Positions 27,512 to 41,449 of a stretch of 64,000 nucleotides of DNA are shown here, one piece after another; positions within the stretch are counted from its first letter, which is position 1, and each line of letters opens with the position of its first letter. The translations under genes and the position numbers were made by a program. This DNA is from Raillietiella orientalis (taxonomy: Eukaryota), in the NCBI GenBank assembly GCA_036172245.1, contig JAYWIR010000003.1:5518001-5582000 (forward strand), written 5' to 3'. The notes beneath the pieces are model-generated. The model was not told where the DNA came from and searched no databases. It saw nothing but the letters and a program-made list of their open reading frames with translations.

Positions 27512-27514
27512 AAT
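27459..27514. repeat. Compound microsatellite (AAT)n(GAT)n
   Basis: Directly visible trinucleotide runs. Confidence 0.95.
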
Positions 27515-27829
27515 GTGATTCCATAACCAAAATTTGGATTTTTTAATAAGAGAATTCGAATGAAGCAAAATTAGCATATACTAAACAATTTGGGGTTCTT
27601 TTTCCTTTCGAAGCATTTTTTTCATTCACGCGAGTTTTTCACTCTATCACGAGAGATTGTATGATTTGTAAACAAAAGCGTACGATGTACTTCGGCTGAT
27701 AAGGATGCTTTGGGGAAACTGGAAAGATTCCTGAAGCTTAGCGTTTCTTTGTGCAAGTGCAAGGATATTTCAACAGAATTTCTCAAGTATGAATCTTTGC
27801 TTAATGTTTTTACTTCTCATAGTATAGAT

Positions 27830-28253
27830 CAGATGTGTCAAACTCACTTCAGCCGCGGTCCATTTAATGAGACTGGTAAGGCACACGCGGGCCACGTGAC
27901 GTTTGCAAATCTTCCGAAAGTATACAAAATAGGGGTTTAATATAAATTTCAAAAATTCAAATAACCTCAACCACTTACATTTTTTTTTTTTTTTGAAAAT
28001 AAGTTGTGAAACCCACAAATCTTCGGCACGCCGAATCGACGCAAAGAAACGAAAGCAAATGCCTTTCATTAAAATTCTTTAAATCAGCAAAATCTCGAGT
28101 TACATGTGACGCACTTTGTCCCCCACGGTTGACCAGTGCATCGTAGGGCATGCGACCTGGCGACCTTGCTGTTTTCTTCTGTTTTTTCATTTTGCTTCAG
28201 AGTATCGCGGGCCACATAAAATCACGTCGAGGGCCGTCACTTTGACACCCCTG
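27830..28253. mobile_element. Non-autonomous hAT (Charlie-like) MITE, 424 bp
   Basis: Imperfect TIRs CAGATGTGTCAAA / TTTGACACCCCTG, subterminal GCGGGCC motifs, and a perfect 8-bp TSD GTATAGAT (27822-27829 and 28254-28261). Confidence 0.9.
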
Positions 28254-30354
28254 GTATAGATAAATCCACATGACCCGAAGTTCATTGGTTTCATATACGC
28301 GTGCCTGCGGCGCTGATATCATATATGTCATCAATGTTTTTGAAAGTGATAAGTACAAAGCAAAAAAAAAGATGACCACGTGTCTTCTGAAAATCAATTT
28401 TCAGTCAAATTCAATGATGAATTTGAATTCAGCGTAATGTAACAGCCTGTAATTGGGTTTCCAGGTGTCTTCTGACGTAAATGGAAACGCGTATGAACCG
28501 TAAGAAAGACACTTCCCTCTCAAAGATAGAAGTTACCGAGGTAATGACGAAGATCAACTCGTGGTTTTCTTTGCTGTTAGCCCAGATCTTCGATTTTGTC
28601 ACTGGGCAATGGTTCTTAATCACGGGGTCTAGACAAGAAAAGCACGTCTCTGAAGACCAACGGATGTTTTTTGGAAGTGTGGGAACGGTTTCCGTTGCTG
28701 TTGGAGACCCTATTCTAAGAAGAAAAGAAAACGTGAATATGGAATTAAGTGGAACTGACAGTGAGGTTATATCCTTAGCAATCTTTCCTAAAGAGGGGGG
28801 AAAAAAAGTGCTATCAGAAAAGCAGCGTCCATTACCAGAAAGTAAGCAAAACAACCTCTGGTGATGTGCAAGTTACACGCAAAGATGGGCTGCCAGCTCA
28901 ACTTGGCTCAGCTCAGATTTTACATGCGAAAAGGGACATCGCTCCATTTCCAATGACAGAGCTCATAATATTGCTTTTCCATTCCATGGGCTGATTTCGG
29001 CGACACCCCTTAAAATGAAGCAAACGTGGATCCTTTAGGATCCTTCCACAGGCAGAATATGTCTCTTGAAAGCAAAATAAAAACAAGGCGAAGAATAGGA
29101 TATTTTTAAAACTACGTTATTTATCCATATCCATGTGCCTAGCAGTTGATACACCTGCAATTGAGTAAACAGTGCTTATGTGGTTGCATCCTTTTTCAAT
29201 TCCAGATGTGGAAAGCGCTTGTTGCCAGGAGGCACTGCTCGCTTATGGGTCCAAAATACAATATATACATAAATATAAGCAATTGAGCATTCTTACTTAT
29301 GCGCAAATGCATGGCAAGCCTCCGTTCTCATCATGGAACTCTCAGATGAGACCGCTGGTAACTGCCAAGAGCAGTTATTTATAGCTTTTAGATTTTGCTC
29401 CATCGCTTGCACCACCTTTCTTGCATTGGCTCTATTTCTGAAGGCTCCGTGTGAGGCTCTTCCCATATAAAATTTCAAAATGTACGTCTCCTGTAGAAAA
29501 ATTTTGAAAGTCGCGCGCACCACTGCAGCTTTCCTTGAATTCGAATTCTTATTGCATTCACCTTTCCCATTCGCTGGGCGAGAAGGGAAGCAAGTCCTTC
29601 GAAAATGGCACATCGGGATGAAAAATCTGGACCTTCCCTAGAACTTTGCTGAATGAACCCAGAAGTAGTAGAGGAGTCGATTTTTCCACCGTTGCAGTCG
29701 GGGTGAAAGATGAGGACTGCATTCAGATAATCCAAATGAATACGGAACCGAAACTTCGGATGCTGCATGTCAAATGCTGGCTGCATCTGAGGAACGCTCA
29801 TCATCACAAGATAAATGCGATTCTTTCCTTCTTCTTCTTCTTTTTTTTTTTTTGTAGAGAATCAATTCATTCGAATAGAATGAGAAAATGAACGCGTTCG
29901 GTGTGTCTGGCTCGTTTGAAGAGAGAAATGAATCCATCTTTGGCACGACCGAGAAGCAATGCAACCTTGCGTCAAAGACCTCGATCGCCTTCATATGCTT
30001 ATTTTCTGAATGCAAATTCAAACTACGTCCATGACTACTACCCATAAAAGGACTCCCAAATACAATTCCTGCAATTCATACGTAATGTTTCATATTAAGA
30101 GGTACAAAGGAAAACTGAATGCCGAAAAAAATCGAATAACTCCTATGGTAGACGGCGTTTTGCTAAGACGTTCATGAGGATAGTCTTCAAAATAGTAATC
30201 ACAGAAAGCAGTCATTTCGTTATTCTGAAATGAAGATTGGGTCAACTCGCGAGATTGGTGCTCAGATAGAGAATTCTGTCCCAGGACTCTCGTTCTGACC
30301 GAGAGCCACAGGAGGAGAATCCAAAAGCCCCAAAATACAAGTCGTGGTTGCCTA

Positions 30355-30647
30355 TGTGACGAAGGTAGACTTGGCTACGGAAACCCATTGAGAGACACCT
30401 GTGAACGAGCATGGGAACCGGAGTGACTCAACTGAGGCATAAGGTCACTCTACACCTGCTGGTCCTTATGCCTCATATGTGCTGAAGTATCGACCTCGCT
30501 GTTCTTCAATTGAGGTAAAAGGGGGATCCAAGCAGCCGTGAGAATTATAATAAACGGATTTGCCTCATACAGGTGGCGTGCTAATTGCTCCAGGTAGTCA
30601 TCAGTTTCATTCGTATTACGAGACCATCATCCCATACTTACGTCACA
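30355..30647 (+). mobile_element. Possible solo LTR (293 bp)
   Basis: Ends TGTGACG...CGTCACA, internal AATAAA at about 30549, internal 12-bp hairpin. No matching TSD. Confidence 0.3.
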
Positions 30648-31049
30648 TGACACTGATTCTCAGCACATGCTCCGTAAGAACCAAGTGGCTATAATTCCAT
30701 CTGCCGGCTTCCTGTTTGTTATTCCAGAATGCAATTAGAAGAAGAGGAACCAGAATCAGCAAATTATTGGATACGTGCTCGTTTCGGAACAGAAAACGGG
30801 AAGCATTTCCCACTAATTTTTCCGTACGGAATCCTCGTACACGACTCTGAATTTTATTCTCCGGTGCTTACAGAGGATCGTTGGATGCGTGTTTTCAGCA
30901 TTCACGGAGTCTCCAAGCGGAACGAAAATTTTTGCCTTTTCGTTCAGACTTTAAAAGAAAAAAAAAAAAAAAAGAAATAAAAGAGTCAATTTTTTGCAAC
31001 CGTTTCGAAATGCATTACGCATTCCAGCCCCGAAAGAAGCTGGAAGCTC

Positions 31050-31330
31050 ATCTGGCCGTCAGCATTGGGCCTCCGTTCGGGTTGGCGCTTAGATGTCTCT
31101 ACTTTTGTTTGAGTCGATCCTGGGAGATGAGTCGTTCATCCCAGACTGTTTCCATTTTTTCCTGAATGTTTAAAAATCGCATCTGCCTTGTCCACCATCG
31201 CACTGTCCAATGCCGACGACTTCTGTTTCATGGGGTTACGTGGCGCCAGGATCGTAAGATTCCAGCACACGAGGTGCCTGCGGATGCTGTCGAAAGCCTT
31301 CTTGTGAAGATTATCTCGTTGCACGAATTT
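31050..31330 (+). pseudogene. Decayed narnavirus-like RdRp relic (B-C-D)
   Basis: LGLRSGW (B-like, 31065), SNADDFCF (31206-31229, one substitution from NGDD), KPS..DY (D-like). Confidence 0.45.
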
Positions 31331-32871
31331 GTACAGTGTAGGCACAAATATGCATGCAGAACACACTTTATCTTTAAGGTGCTTTGCGAAGAGGTACGTG
31401 CATTTTCAGTGAGTGTAGTTTATGGGCACCCTCTTTCTTAGGAAACACTTCCTGACGGTTTGCTAAAATTTCTCCATAATTTCATATGCACGTACGTAAA
31501 CACACGACTTGCTCTTTGTGAACTTGGAGGATTTCGTTCGGATGCCCTGGAGCAGGTCTCAGTTACGAATCGCGAGACAAATGCGTCGTTTCAAGGTCAA
31601 ACTCCGTTTTTCCAACGAACAGCGAACGCTTTCGTGAGGAACGGAAGAAAGTCTTGAAAAGCAGACGTTCTCATGGCCTGCAAGACATCTCCTTCTTCCA
31701 CTGGCTGCTTCCTTCATACCTGAGGACTTTCTTGATTCTCAGCATCTTTACTCGTTTTCAGATGCGATTTTCCTTTTCGCCTGGATACTTTCCTGTTTGT
31801 GGCAGCACAGGTTGTTTCTCCCAAGATCACTGCCTCACAAGGACTGTTCAGTGTCCTTACAGCACTCCGGGCTCTTGCTAAATAGAAATGTCTTCCTGAC
31901 TTTTCAAAGATGATATGGTTTATCAAGCTGCCTCATTCATCGGCTGTCACCACGGAGGATCAGTACATCCATTGATTCATTTACCTCATCCTAGGAGAAG
32001 ATGTCATCTGCTATTAGCTCTCTGTCACACAAGCTGTGGTTTTAGGTATTACTGATTGTTTGGGCTTTTGCGTGATCTGCTGTTTGCAAGCAGTGTGATT
32101 CCAGTTGTGATTAATGATTCAAGAGATAAGTGCAAGTTATCTGCATGCTTAGGAAGATAACCTTCCTTCATTGTGTTCCGATATTTGACGTCCACTCCTC
32201 CCCCGCATACCAAAGTTCCAAGCAAACACGGTGATGCTGCACATCAGGATGAGCTTCCTAGCAGCTTGCCGAATCACTGCCGCTTCTTTAAAACAAAGTC
32301 CGCAATCCTCATCATCCAAGTCTCCACAAGAGCTCGCTTCTATTTTATTAGTGGAATGTTTCGCATTGCGTCTCTCTTTTCCCTTGAGCTACACATTCTC
32401 ACGCTCCCGGCAGCATCCAGGCTTTTCACGAAACACCAAGGGAAGGGCGAGAAAAACTATCCCTGTCGTTCTTTCTCACTATTTTCTTGGTGCTTCGCCG
32501 TGCCGCCTACGTGTGGTTATGTTTCCGCGGAAACATTCTTTGGAATGCCCGAAGATCATTACAGGGCTTTGGTCAGGAAATGGTTTCTCCAGTGACCGTT
32601 GTCTTTGGGAGCAACTCTTGAGGGCTTCAATTAAATGTACCTTTTATTGTACCATAAGCGACTGCGCGTTTTTCTATCCCTGTACGAGTTACTGGGAAAC
32701 GCGGGCAACAAGTGGATCCGGACAAGTGAAAGAGCATTGCACCAGCTGCTCACCAGTTTACCACCGTACGTAATCAAGCAGCCACCATACTCTTCTGTTG
32801 TGCATTTTCTTTATACCCACTCGACCTTTCCTTTCACAAGAAATGTAGCAAAAGTCGGAGAATTGTGTAGT

Positions 32872-33801
32872 TCGGCGTAGGCAATTTGTGGCCCGCGGGC
32901 CATATGTGACCCGTTGAGACGAAAAGATCGCCCACAGCTGAAATCAAGAGGATCTAATCACGTAGGATGAGAGCCGACGCGAGCGTGATTAAGACGGATG
33001 ACGAAAATAAAGCAAAGGTCCAAGAAATGCGATAATACTATGTCATATAAACGATTCTGGATCCCAAACCTTGTGTACGTTGAAGTGCAATTGCAGTACG
33101 GTACGTGCTTGTATTTGCAGTGATGATTTGTGAAACGGTACTCACATTTACTACAGAGAGCAATATTTTTTTTTTTTTTACTTTGAGGCAAAAGAAAAAA
33201 TCTCACTCAAAAATCGAGCACGCACGCAAACGTATATTTATATGTTTGCATAGGCACACATGCATGAATAAATACATACATACACATGCATAGTACACAA
33301 TTTATGTTTACGATGGCTATTCGTGTCTGTTATTTTCAAATCTCAGAGATGCTCCTTCCCACAGAATCTTTGAAATATCTTGTTAATTACTTGCTGAGAG
33401 CAAGTAATCATTATACCTGTTGGTGCAACCAGTTCGAAAGGTTCATATGTGATCCATATGTGCCGGATGCGGAATGCATTGCACTCTAGTAATGGCGCTG
33501 TAATTCTGAATTTTTGTTGGATAGTGCGCTTAGATTTTACACCGGAAGCATTTGGAGGAGGAGAACGTTTGGAGAATTTGCCAGGAGAGAAGTTCTTAAC
33601 GGATCAAGCCCTGAATAATAATTCAGGCTTTTCAGTGTTTCAGTATGACTTCCTGTCGATTAATGGGCATCGAATAGAGGACCGAAATCGGCAAGCTGGA
33701 GCACTTTGCAAACATCCGTACGGCTGGAGTTAGGAAGTGTGTCAATCTGCAGTCCGTGGGCTACATGCGGCCAGCCGTGGCGAAAAGGTTGCCCACCCCT
33801 G
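32872..33801. mobile_element. Degenerate hAT-type element, or two end fragments
   Basis: Left end GGCGTAGGCAA..GGCCCGCGGGCCATATG and right end GGTTGCCCACCCCTG resemble Charlie-type termini. TSD not conserved. Confidence 0.45.
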
Positions 33802-34599
33802 GCTTAGCGAGATGGTTCAGCAACACACACACACACACACTCTTCTTGTTCGTAGCTCGTAGCCATTTGCTTCACCTCACTCCGGATTCAGGATGGCACA
33901 TCACCCTTTCGCAAAGGGTCTTTCTTTATCTCCAAGGAACCTCCAGCTTGGTTTGTTAAATGCGAATCTTCGTTAAGGAAACATGTCGTCTCGGGGTCGA
34001 GGTTTCTCTGCGTCCGTAACACCCGGCCCATCGATCTCACTGATTTTGGAGTGACTTTCCTTGACATTTTTGATGGTGCAGACGGACAAGGTAGAAAGCC
34101 GAAATTCAAGTCAGTCGAACCCATCTTCGACGTGAAAGGAAAGCCAGGAGGCAACACGATGGACCGTCGTACTGAATCCCACCCCCCCTCCGAAAAAAAA
34201 AAAAGTTTGGCTCTATCCTCCGGTCGACAGGACATTTTGACCAAACCCTGCCCTGGGACGTTGCGACAACTTGCGCATGCTTGGTGCTTGCTTATCCTTC
34301 AGAAACCATGAAAGAGCTGCTGAAGGTTCCGTTTACAGCCGAGTTCTTGATGTTTCCTTTCCTCTCTGGGAGAATTCTTTGTTCTGTTGTAGGCTCCACT
34401 CATCTGAGAATCTCGATCGTGACAAATTTGACTAAGAGAAATGAGAGAAGGTTCCAGCTGCTTCCGTCACTTCCCAGCTACCATCCTTCCAGCCACTTGA
34501 GAAAAGTTCCGATCGTGGGTCCGTGATCGGAGCTAGTGGTCCCTCCTTTTCCTGCTGTCTGGAAATTTCCTTTTTTTTTTATTAGTGGTTTGTTTGTGA

Positions 34600-35280
34600 G
34601 ATCGAAAAGCGAGGAGAGTGGCGAGGGACTGGATGGTGTTGGTCACCAGGACGAGGAACCCAGTGATCCTTCGAAGACAGTGGATTTCTCTTTTACTACC
34701 AGCTTTATTCCCTCTTCCGGAAGCGAAAGCGCTGCCATCAGCAGATTTCTGCACAGGGCAAGGGCGATGCAATGGTGCAATAATAATCTATACGGCCACT
34801 GTCCACTCGGAAGTTTGGGTGATTCCCTCTCTCCGGTGTCGTTTGCGTCTCCTGAGTCTGCAGATGATTCGCTCATCGAGTTTAAACATTCGCTCCATAA
34901 GCCGAAAGCAGCAGAGGCTTCTATCCGGCTTTCCATCGCCTCCTCGTCTTCATTGCCCCCGGTTTTTGGTGTGGATCCGCCCAGTTTCTTCTACATTAGG
35001 ATGCAGCTGTGCCGGAAGAAAGTCTCCGAGACTGCTAGGGCTAAAAGAGAAAATTCCCTAATGGATGGTGCCAGCCTTCCAAACATTTCTATCTGATGGG
35101 GAAGAAGTTCTCGAAGTGGAAGAAGGAAATCTTCCTCATTTGATCTCTCGCATGTGATTTCGTGGGGAAAGTCTGCTCTTGACGTTGCTTTGATGGAAAG
35201 TCCCGTCGATAATCAGTGCTTGACGAGATGCATGCCTTAGTTGCGTGCCAAGGTCCCTAAAACAACCTCTGGTGGATTTC
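34600..35280 (+). pseudogene. Deleted narnavirus-like RdRp relic(s)
   Basis: RDWMVLVT (F-like, 34624), SADF (A, 34738), GSLGDSLS (B-like), ADDSLI (C, 34860). A second F-like P*LRAKVP.TT at about 35235. Confidence 0.45.
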
Positions 35281-37005
35281 TGCTTCCTCCTCGTTCCTGG
35301 TGATGAAAGAAAGGATGATGAGACATTTGGAGCATGCAGAACCCCATTCATCTTCAGAATCGATTCCTCGTCCACTCGTACACTTGTTTCTCTTATTTGT
35401 TGGTCTTTCTTTCTACCCCATCCGCGCTTACTTTTGAGATGAGGCTCTTACGTTACAAGTTCCCCTCATGGCTGCTACCGCGACCAATTCACTGCTCTGC
35501 AGAAAAGCAGAAAACCAGCCAAAGGCCCTTTCGGCATCTGCACAGAAAAAAACTGCAATTCGAGAACGTGCACAAGAGATACCTCTTCTTAGCCAGAGAC
35601 ATCTTCTCATCTCTTCTTAGCCTCAGTTTCATTAGTGAAAGTTCCCCAGAATGCTCCACCCTTTGGACGTTTTTTTTTTTTTTTGCTTTGTTTTGTTTTC
35701 ATTTCTAAGATTCCTTTACTGCCATTCCATTTTCGATTGCATTGCTGCTACTGCAGTTTTGTTTTGGGCATGTCATTCAAGGATCATTGGATGCCAATTT
35801 CTAGATGTACAGGAAATAGAGGTTACGAGTGTGATGCGTGTGATTTGTTCCCCTACAGAGGTGTTTCTGATGAAGTTTTGGGGACAGCTGCTTTGATGGA
35901 GATTGCGATAGGTGTATCGGCTGGAGTAACGTCGTTCAAGGAATGTGTAGCATTCCTTGAATGTATTCCTTGAAGCTGAATGTATACCCTGAAGGTATGT
36001 ATAGATTCAGCTCTTTGTGAGCTGCTGGACTTTGGAAGACACGACGTGCTTGATAACATTTTTAAAGCGACTTGGCTGTTGACTTGGGAAAGCAGAGTTC
36101 CCCATGACTTTGGTGTGTGCAAGGAGTACCTTATTCCTTATGATTAGCACACAACGAAGACTGCCCTTACACAGTTACAGATAGTTTCGTAGAAGAGGAG
36201 TTCATACGAAGATGAGTACATAAGTTGAAGAAGCCATATAGTAGCTGAACTTATGAGATGTAAAGATGAGCTACGGACATCGTATTATTAACTTCAGGAG
36301 ATGCTGAGAGTGTTTTATCCCATCTCTGCCCTTCACCCTCCGTCTTTTGAGGACGGTGTGATACCTGTTCCATGCAGTCCATATCAAATAACATGCAGTG
36401 GCGTCTGTAGTTGAGTTTTGGATCTGCCTTGCTGGGGACGTTTCCCATCTTGCTGAGCTAATCCTTTAGGCGATTTCTGAAATCCTGTTTATCTGATGTC
36501 TCCAAATCGTATCCGGCCAGAGTGCCGACGATCTATACCAGAGATCGAAATGCAGCCGTCGGATGTTTGCTTTCATTTCTTCCATAAATACGAAGAGAGT
36601 GAGTATGGACTTTCATCATCTGTAAAACTTCTTAGAAAGGAGGAAAAGGCTGCAGCAGCTCTGCTTAGCTTTCTTAATAAAGAAAGCTTTCGGGAAAAGT
36701 TCGAAGGGAAATGGATCCATGCTCTCACAGAGTACATAGTTATGACACATCGAGCGCCATATCAGATGCTCTGCACACGAAGGGGCACACGAATTTGCTG
36801 TGGTTCAGGAGTGCGTCTGGCTGATAGCATACGCGCCGAAGAGAAGGCGTGGCTTATCACTTCGATAGAACCACTGCTGGTCAAACGAAGCAACTTATTT
36901 AACAGACGGAGTGCTTCAGGTCGAGCGAGTTCTCGACACTCCGATGCATCGAGCTGAGTAGACTCCATTGCGCAACCACAACACCTTAGCAGCCTGGCTG
37001 TCAAT

Positions 37006-37008
<3 letters not shown>

Positions 37009-37062
<54 letters not shown>
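37009..37062. repeat. (GA)n microsatellite
   Basis: 27 GA units. Confidence 0.98.
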
Positions 37063-37067
<5 letters not shown>

Positions 37068-39599
37068 GGCTGTTTATCTGAAAAGTAGGAATCTAGAGCT
37101 CATGAGGAATTCGCTGATTGTGAGTTACTTTCAGGTAAACAAGGTCGCTGATGAGGATGTCCGCGGAACCAGAATGGGCATGGGTTTGTAAGAGTAATTC
37201 TCGCTTCGCGTAGCGAACCGATAACAGCAGTTCGTGGAGTGGCAGCACGAGGAGTTCATTAGAAGAACTCTGGATGCACGAAAAACATCCGAGAATAATG
37301 CTGGGAACGCGCTATGGAAGATGGGGTCCCTGAACCATTTTGTGCTGCAAAGGCCAAAGAGCCGGCTCCCCGGGAGGATCTTTGTTGCGAGATGTGATGA
37401 AATGCTGTGCTGCAGTTTTCTGCGTGTTTTTATGCGCGATTGAACTGCTGCTCTTCTCGTCCTCTCTGTTTATGTGCATCCGAAAACGAACGATTGCGGT
37501 TGCTTGCACGCGTCTTTCCAAGAAACTCAGGGTACCCACGTAATCGTGAGCGTGGAGGCCGTTTCAAACCGCAGACCGCCGTCTCCACCATCCTGATACG
37601 AGAAGTGGAGCATCGTTTTCTAAGAGCCGAAGGGTTGCTCCTATCCTACGAGGCATTCCAGAACGTAATTAGACGGATGGCTTCGTTTCGAGCCTGCAGC
37701 TTGGACAACCCAGGCACATCACGCCGCCAACGGAACATTTCCAGCACCACTTTCGGGAAGGATAATCAGCGAAGGTGAAAGCAGGGTTATAGAGTCCACT
37801 AGACTGCTATGAACCGAAATTTACCGGAAGGAGGGGAAAACAAAACAGAATGTAAAAATAAACAAATGACGGTGTATTGGAGTATTTGGCACACATACAC
37901 CTGAAGCAGGAGTGAAGAAATCAATGGACAACCGAGGATTGAAGCAGAGTTGTGACGCCGTCCTCTCCCTCTCTGCAAGTCTTCAGGTGGGGGAGCTTTT
38001 TCGTGTCATCGCGAAATAATGCCGCCCCTTGAATGTTCCATGCGAAATGTAAGTCCGAAGATTCCAAGCGAACCAACTGGTGGGTACCATCTGTCCGAAG
38101 TGGGTAGAAGTCCACGGTGGACAAAACAGACAGGTTAAAAGGAACTTGACGCTTTTCGGAACACTCCAGCACCCGACCCGAATGGATGATGTTTCAGGAA
38201 GCAGGGAACAACTCAGAGCGCGCACGAACACGCACACACGCAAAAAGGGAAGGGGCGTGCGTCTCTTCACGCAGATTCGGCCTTCTAACGTACAAGAAGC
38301 GACCGAAGGCATGCTCGCACCCTGCTGGCGGTCAGCATAGGACGACGAGAAGATGAAAGATGAAGGGCGAAAAAGAGCCAGTATTTGCATCGGGAAGGCG
38401 AAATTCGAAAGCGGTTCGCTAGGACCGAAGGCAGAAGAACCGAAACCGTTCTTCTGCCCTTCTTGACAGAGACACTCGCCACCATCAGGTAGATGAACGA
38501 CCAGAAAAAGTGAACGCTCCCGCAAACGGTTACGAATCCTTGTATTCCCAAAGGTCGGCGTATCGTGTTCGCCCGCTAGACAAGATGACTGCACCGTTCG
38601 TAACCCTGACGTGCCAATTCCTCAAGAATTTCACCTCTTTCGAATCTGCTCCTACGGTACAGCTTGATTGGCGATTAGTAGTGGTTCCCATTCATTTTTT
38701 TCTTCTCCTGCTTTTTTGCTTCTAGGAAGGGAGCAGCAGCAGTAAAAGAATCTCTCCTTTTCAAATTCGTAATCTTCTCAGGCCGGCTGCTCTGCCTCCT
38801 TCGAACCCTTCCTGTTCAAAGGACGCAGGTTCCCTCCCCGGAGCAGTCATGGGCGGATTGCTTCGGATTCTGACGCGAAAGCTGGGATTGCTCGGGGAAG
38901 ACGTTCCCGTTGCAAGCCCGGAGTCCTGCTCTTCGTTCGGGAAGCTTGCGATGGAGTCCCAGTGACCTCTCCTGCCAAGATTTTTGCTCACCAAGGCACT
39001 CGGAGGTGACCAGCTGTTTCGTGGCTTTTCATCCGATACCTCTCCACGCAAGAGGAGAATGGTCTCCCCATCCTTCTTGCGGTTGGAGAAGAGCCGATGC
39101 AACCCCCCAAGATTTCCATGCGAGACGCGTTCGTTTCCGAAGCGTCCTGAATCCCTGCGGTTGTGCCGTCGAATGCGGTCGCACCATGCAAGGTGCCACT
39201 CGGGTTTCGAAGCCACAGTGGTTTGTTTATTCCTCCCATCGATGGCTCCCGCGAGCTCGCAGGCTTCTGCGTTTCCCGAATTTTCCTCAGCTCCGAGCAC
39301 CTCGAGCTTCACAGTGAGAGTGGCTTTTGAAATTCTTCCAGACACATGATAAGTACATGATAAGATTTCAGGATGCCGCCAGATTGTTTTTCCCTCCCCA
39401 GACTCTCATTGGTTTCCTTCTACGGATCAGAGATCATCCGATTCAGCAATTCATTTCTGCCACACCCCCAATCATGTTCTCGGCTTTATAGGGAGGGGTG
39501 CGCTTGCTCTGCGGTTGGCTTCCATCATTTTAAGGAGACTCGGGGAAACTTTTTCCGAGGTTCTTCTTCTTGAATGCTCTCCAAGAGTGGCCCGCGTTA

Positions 39600-40600
39600 C
39601 CCATCGCGGAAATTTCCGTAGAAACGCGAAATATCGCGTGTGTTCAGCGACGGGAATGATCAGAATCTGTGCTCACCTTTTGTCGCGGATCTCGGAACAC
39701 GTGCTTTTGCCATCTCGTCCGTCACCGTCTTGCACGCGCGTGAAAAGTAGCAGTTGGTTTCGTAAGGACACGTCCACGGCAGTGCTGCTGCCACCAGCTT
39801 TGCTCAACTCCGGAATCCAGAGATCTCTTGTTTGGCGAGAAATTTAAGTCGCAGACAGAGTTTTCCACACTTGCATCTGGGAAGATGCAGATGGGATCTC
39901 CGAAAGACGATGACAGTATCTTCTTCGGCCTTTTGGAACTGAGGTATGGATTCGGAGTCCCGTAAAAGCGTATGGAAACGCTCAACGAAGCGTTCGTTTC
40001 CATCATTCTTCCATGGACCGCTCTCTTTCCTCTTGCTGACGTATTCTCACGGTTTCCCTTATTTGGTATTCCTGAACGCGTTGCCCTGTCATCTCCTGTA
40101 GAACGTATGCATTTGAAAAATACAGTTCCAACCCGTGGAGAAATGAAGTCGATAAAGGAGGTCGGTCGGAAGCTGCTGTAGAAACTTCTCACCAGAGCAA
40201 CAGGCAGAAAGAGGAAGTTGTATTTTCTCTTCAGCAGCTTTACCATTAGAGGGATTCTGTGAGCACAAGAACGCAGTGCTGACATCCAACGGACAAGACT
40301 AGAGTTAGCTCCAGGGATATTTCGTTTCGCCTCGATAGGGGTGATCCATGATTCCAGATCCTCGGCGCAGAGAAATCGTGAATGATTTCTCGAACATTCG
40401 TTCCCGAAGCCCACAAGCATGTTGACAGTCCTTGAATGGCTCATTTCGGGAGAATCTCGGAATAGGTGCGTCCTCCTGGTTGCGTTGCGTCCTGCTTGCC
40501 GCCTTACGGAACTGTACGAAAGTCCCGAATTGCAAGGACGAATTCCGCTCAGCTTTTACCTCTAGATTAGAATGGTTCCTAAGCAGAAAGAGCAGAGAGT
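39600..40600 (+). pseudogene. Narnavirus-like RdRp relic
   Basis: NAKYRVCS...AHLL (F, 39623), MQMGSP (B, 39891), DDSIFFG, GFCE (E, 40252), HVDS (40418), ENLGIG...RSAFTSRL (thumb-like). Confidence 0.5.
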
Positions 40601-41449
40601 CTGGTCCGGGAACGCATCAGACGATTCGACATTTTATGTGTGCACATTAAAGATCGAAAATAGCCTAAACACGGAAAGATATTTATCATTCCTCTTCCCT
40701 TGGAGCCTTCAACTCCTTTGCTCGCACCCTGGTTCCGAACCATTATCTCTGCCCACAAGATCTTGGTAAACTTCTTACTTCAAATGCTCCGAGAATATTT
40801 TTGGTGGTCTTCAGAATGTTGACCTCTTGTTTTACGATAGCTCGGCAAGGGTATCTTCTTTCTTCCCTCTTTTTTCCTGCGGAAGAAAGAAACGGTTTTG
40901 CAGAGATCGATATGGAATCGGATGAACGCTGCCGATTCATTTCAGTTTTCCATGGGAATCCTCACACATGACGGTTCATCTGTCTGGAAGAAGAAGAATG
41001 CGTAATCATCTCTTGAGTCCTGAATCCGTGCGTGGCATCCCAAAATGAAATCTGGGCCTCGGCATGACTGTTTCTACCGGTTTTTCTTTAGCGCTTTTCG
41101 TTGAAACATGGATAGCTCGCTGCTGCTCAGCTACCCGCTCTCCTTTCTTTGTTCCAGAATTCGCCTCCGTCCACACTCTTCCCTGAACTCGGCCCTAGGA
41201 TGGACTCCACGCCCGGTGACCAACGCGTTCTACGAATTTGCCATTTTCCATTCGATCAAGGGGCTCCTGTCTCTCCGGATGAAAGTTCAAGAACGAAAAC
41301 GGTAATTGCATCCGACCAGGCGGAGGGGGAAAAGACTCGGGCATCAATCGGTTTCCGGAACCCAATCTCAGAGGGAAAGAAGGAAATCATTTCTCCCTTC
41401 CTTTATCGAGATGAACAGTTCATTCACGAACGTTCACCTTATGAAAGCG

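Noticed and set aside
31136..31366. Minus-strand KKAFDSI as a LINE RT fragment
   Set aside because: Isolated short match with no other RT motifs. The + strand has ordered RdRp-like B-C-D remnants.
35853..36448. Minus-strand gene starting MGNVPSK (myristoylation-like) with a possible 41-nt intron
   Set aside because: No recognisable domain and no consistent multi-exon model.
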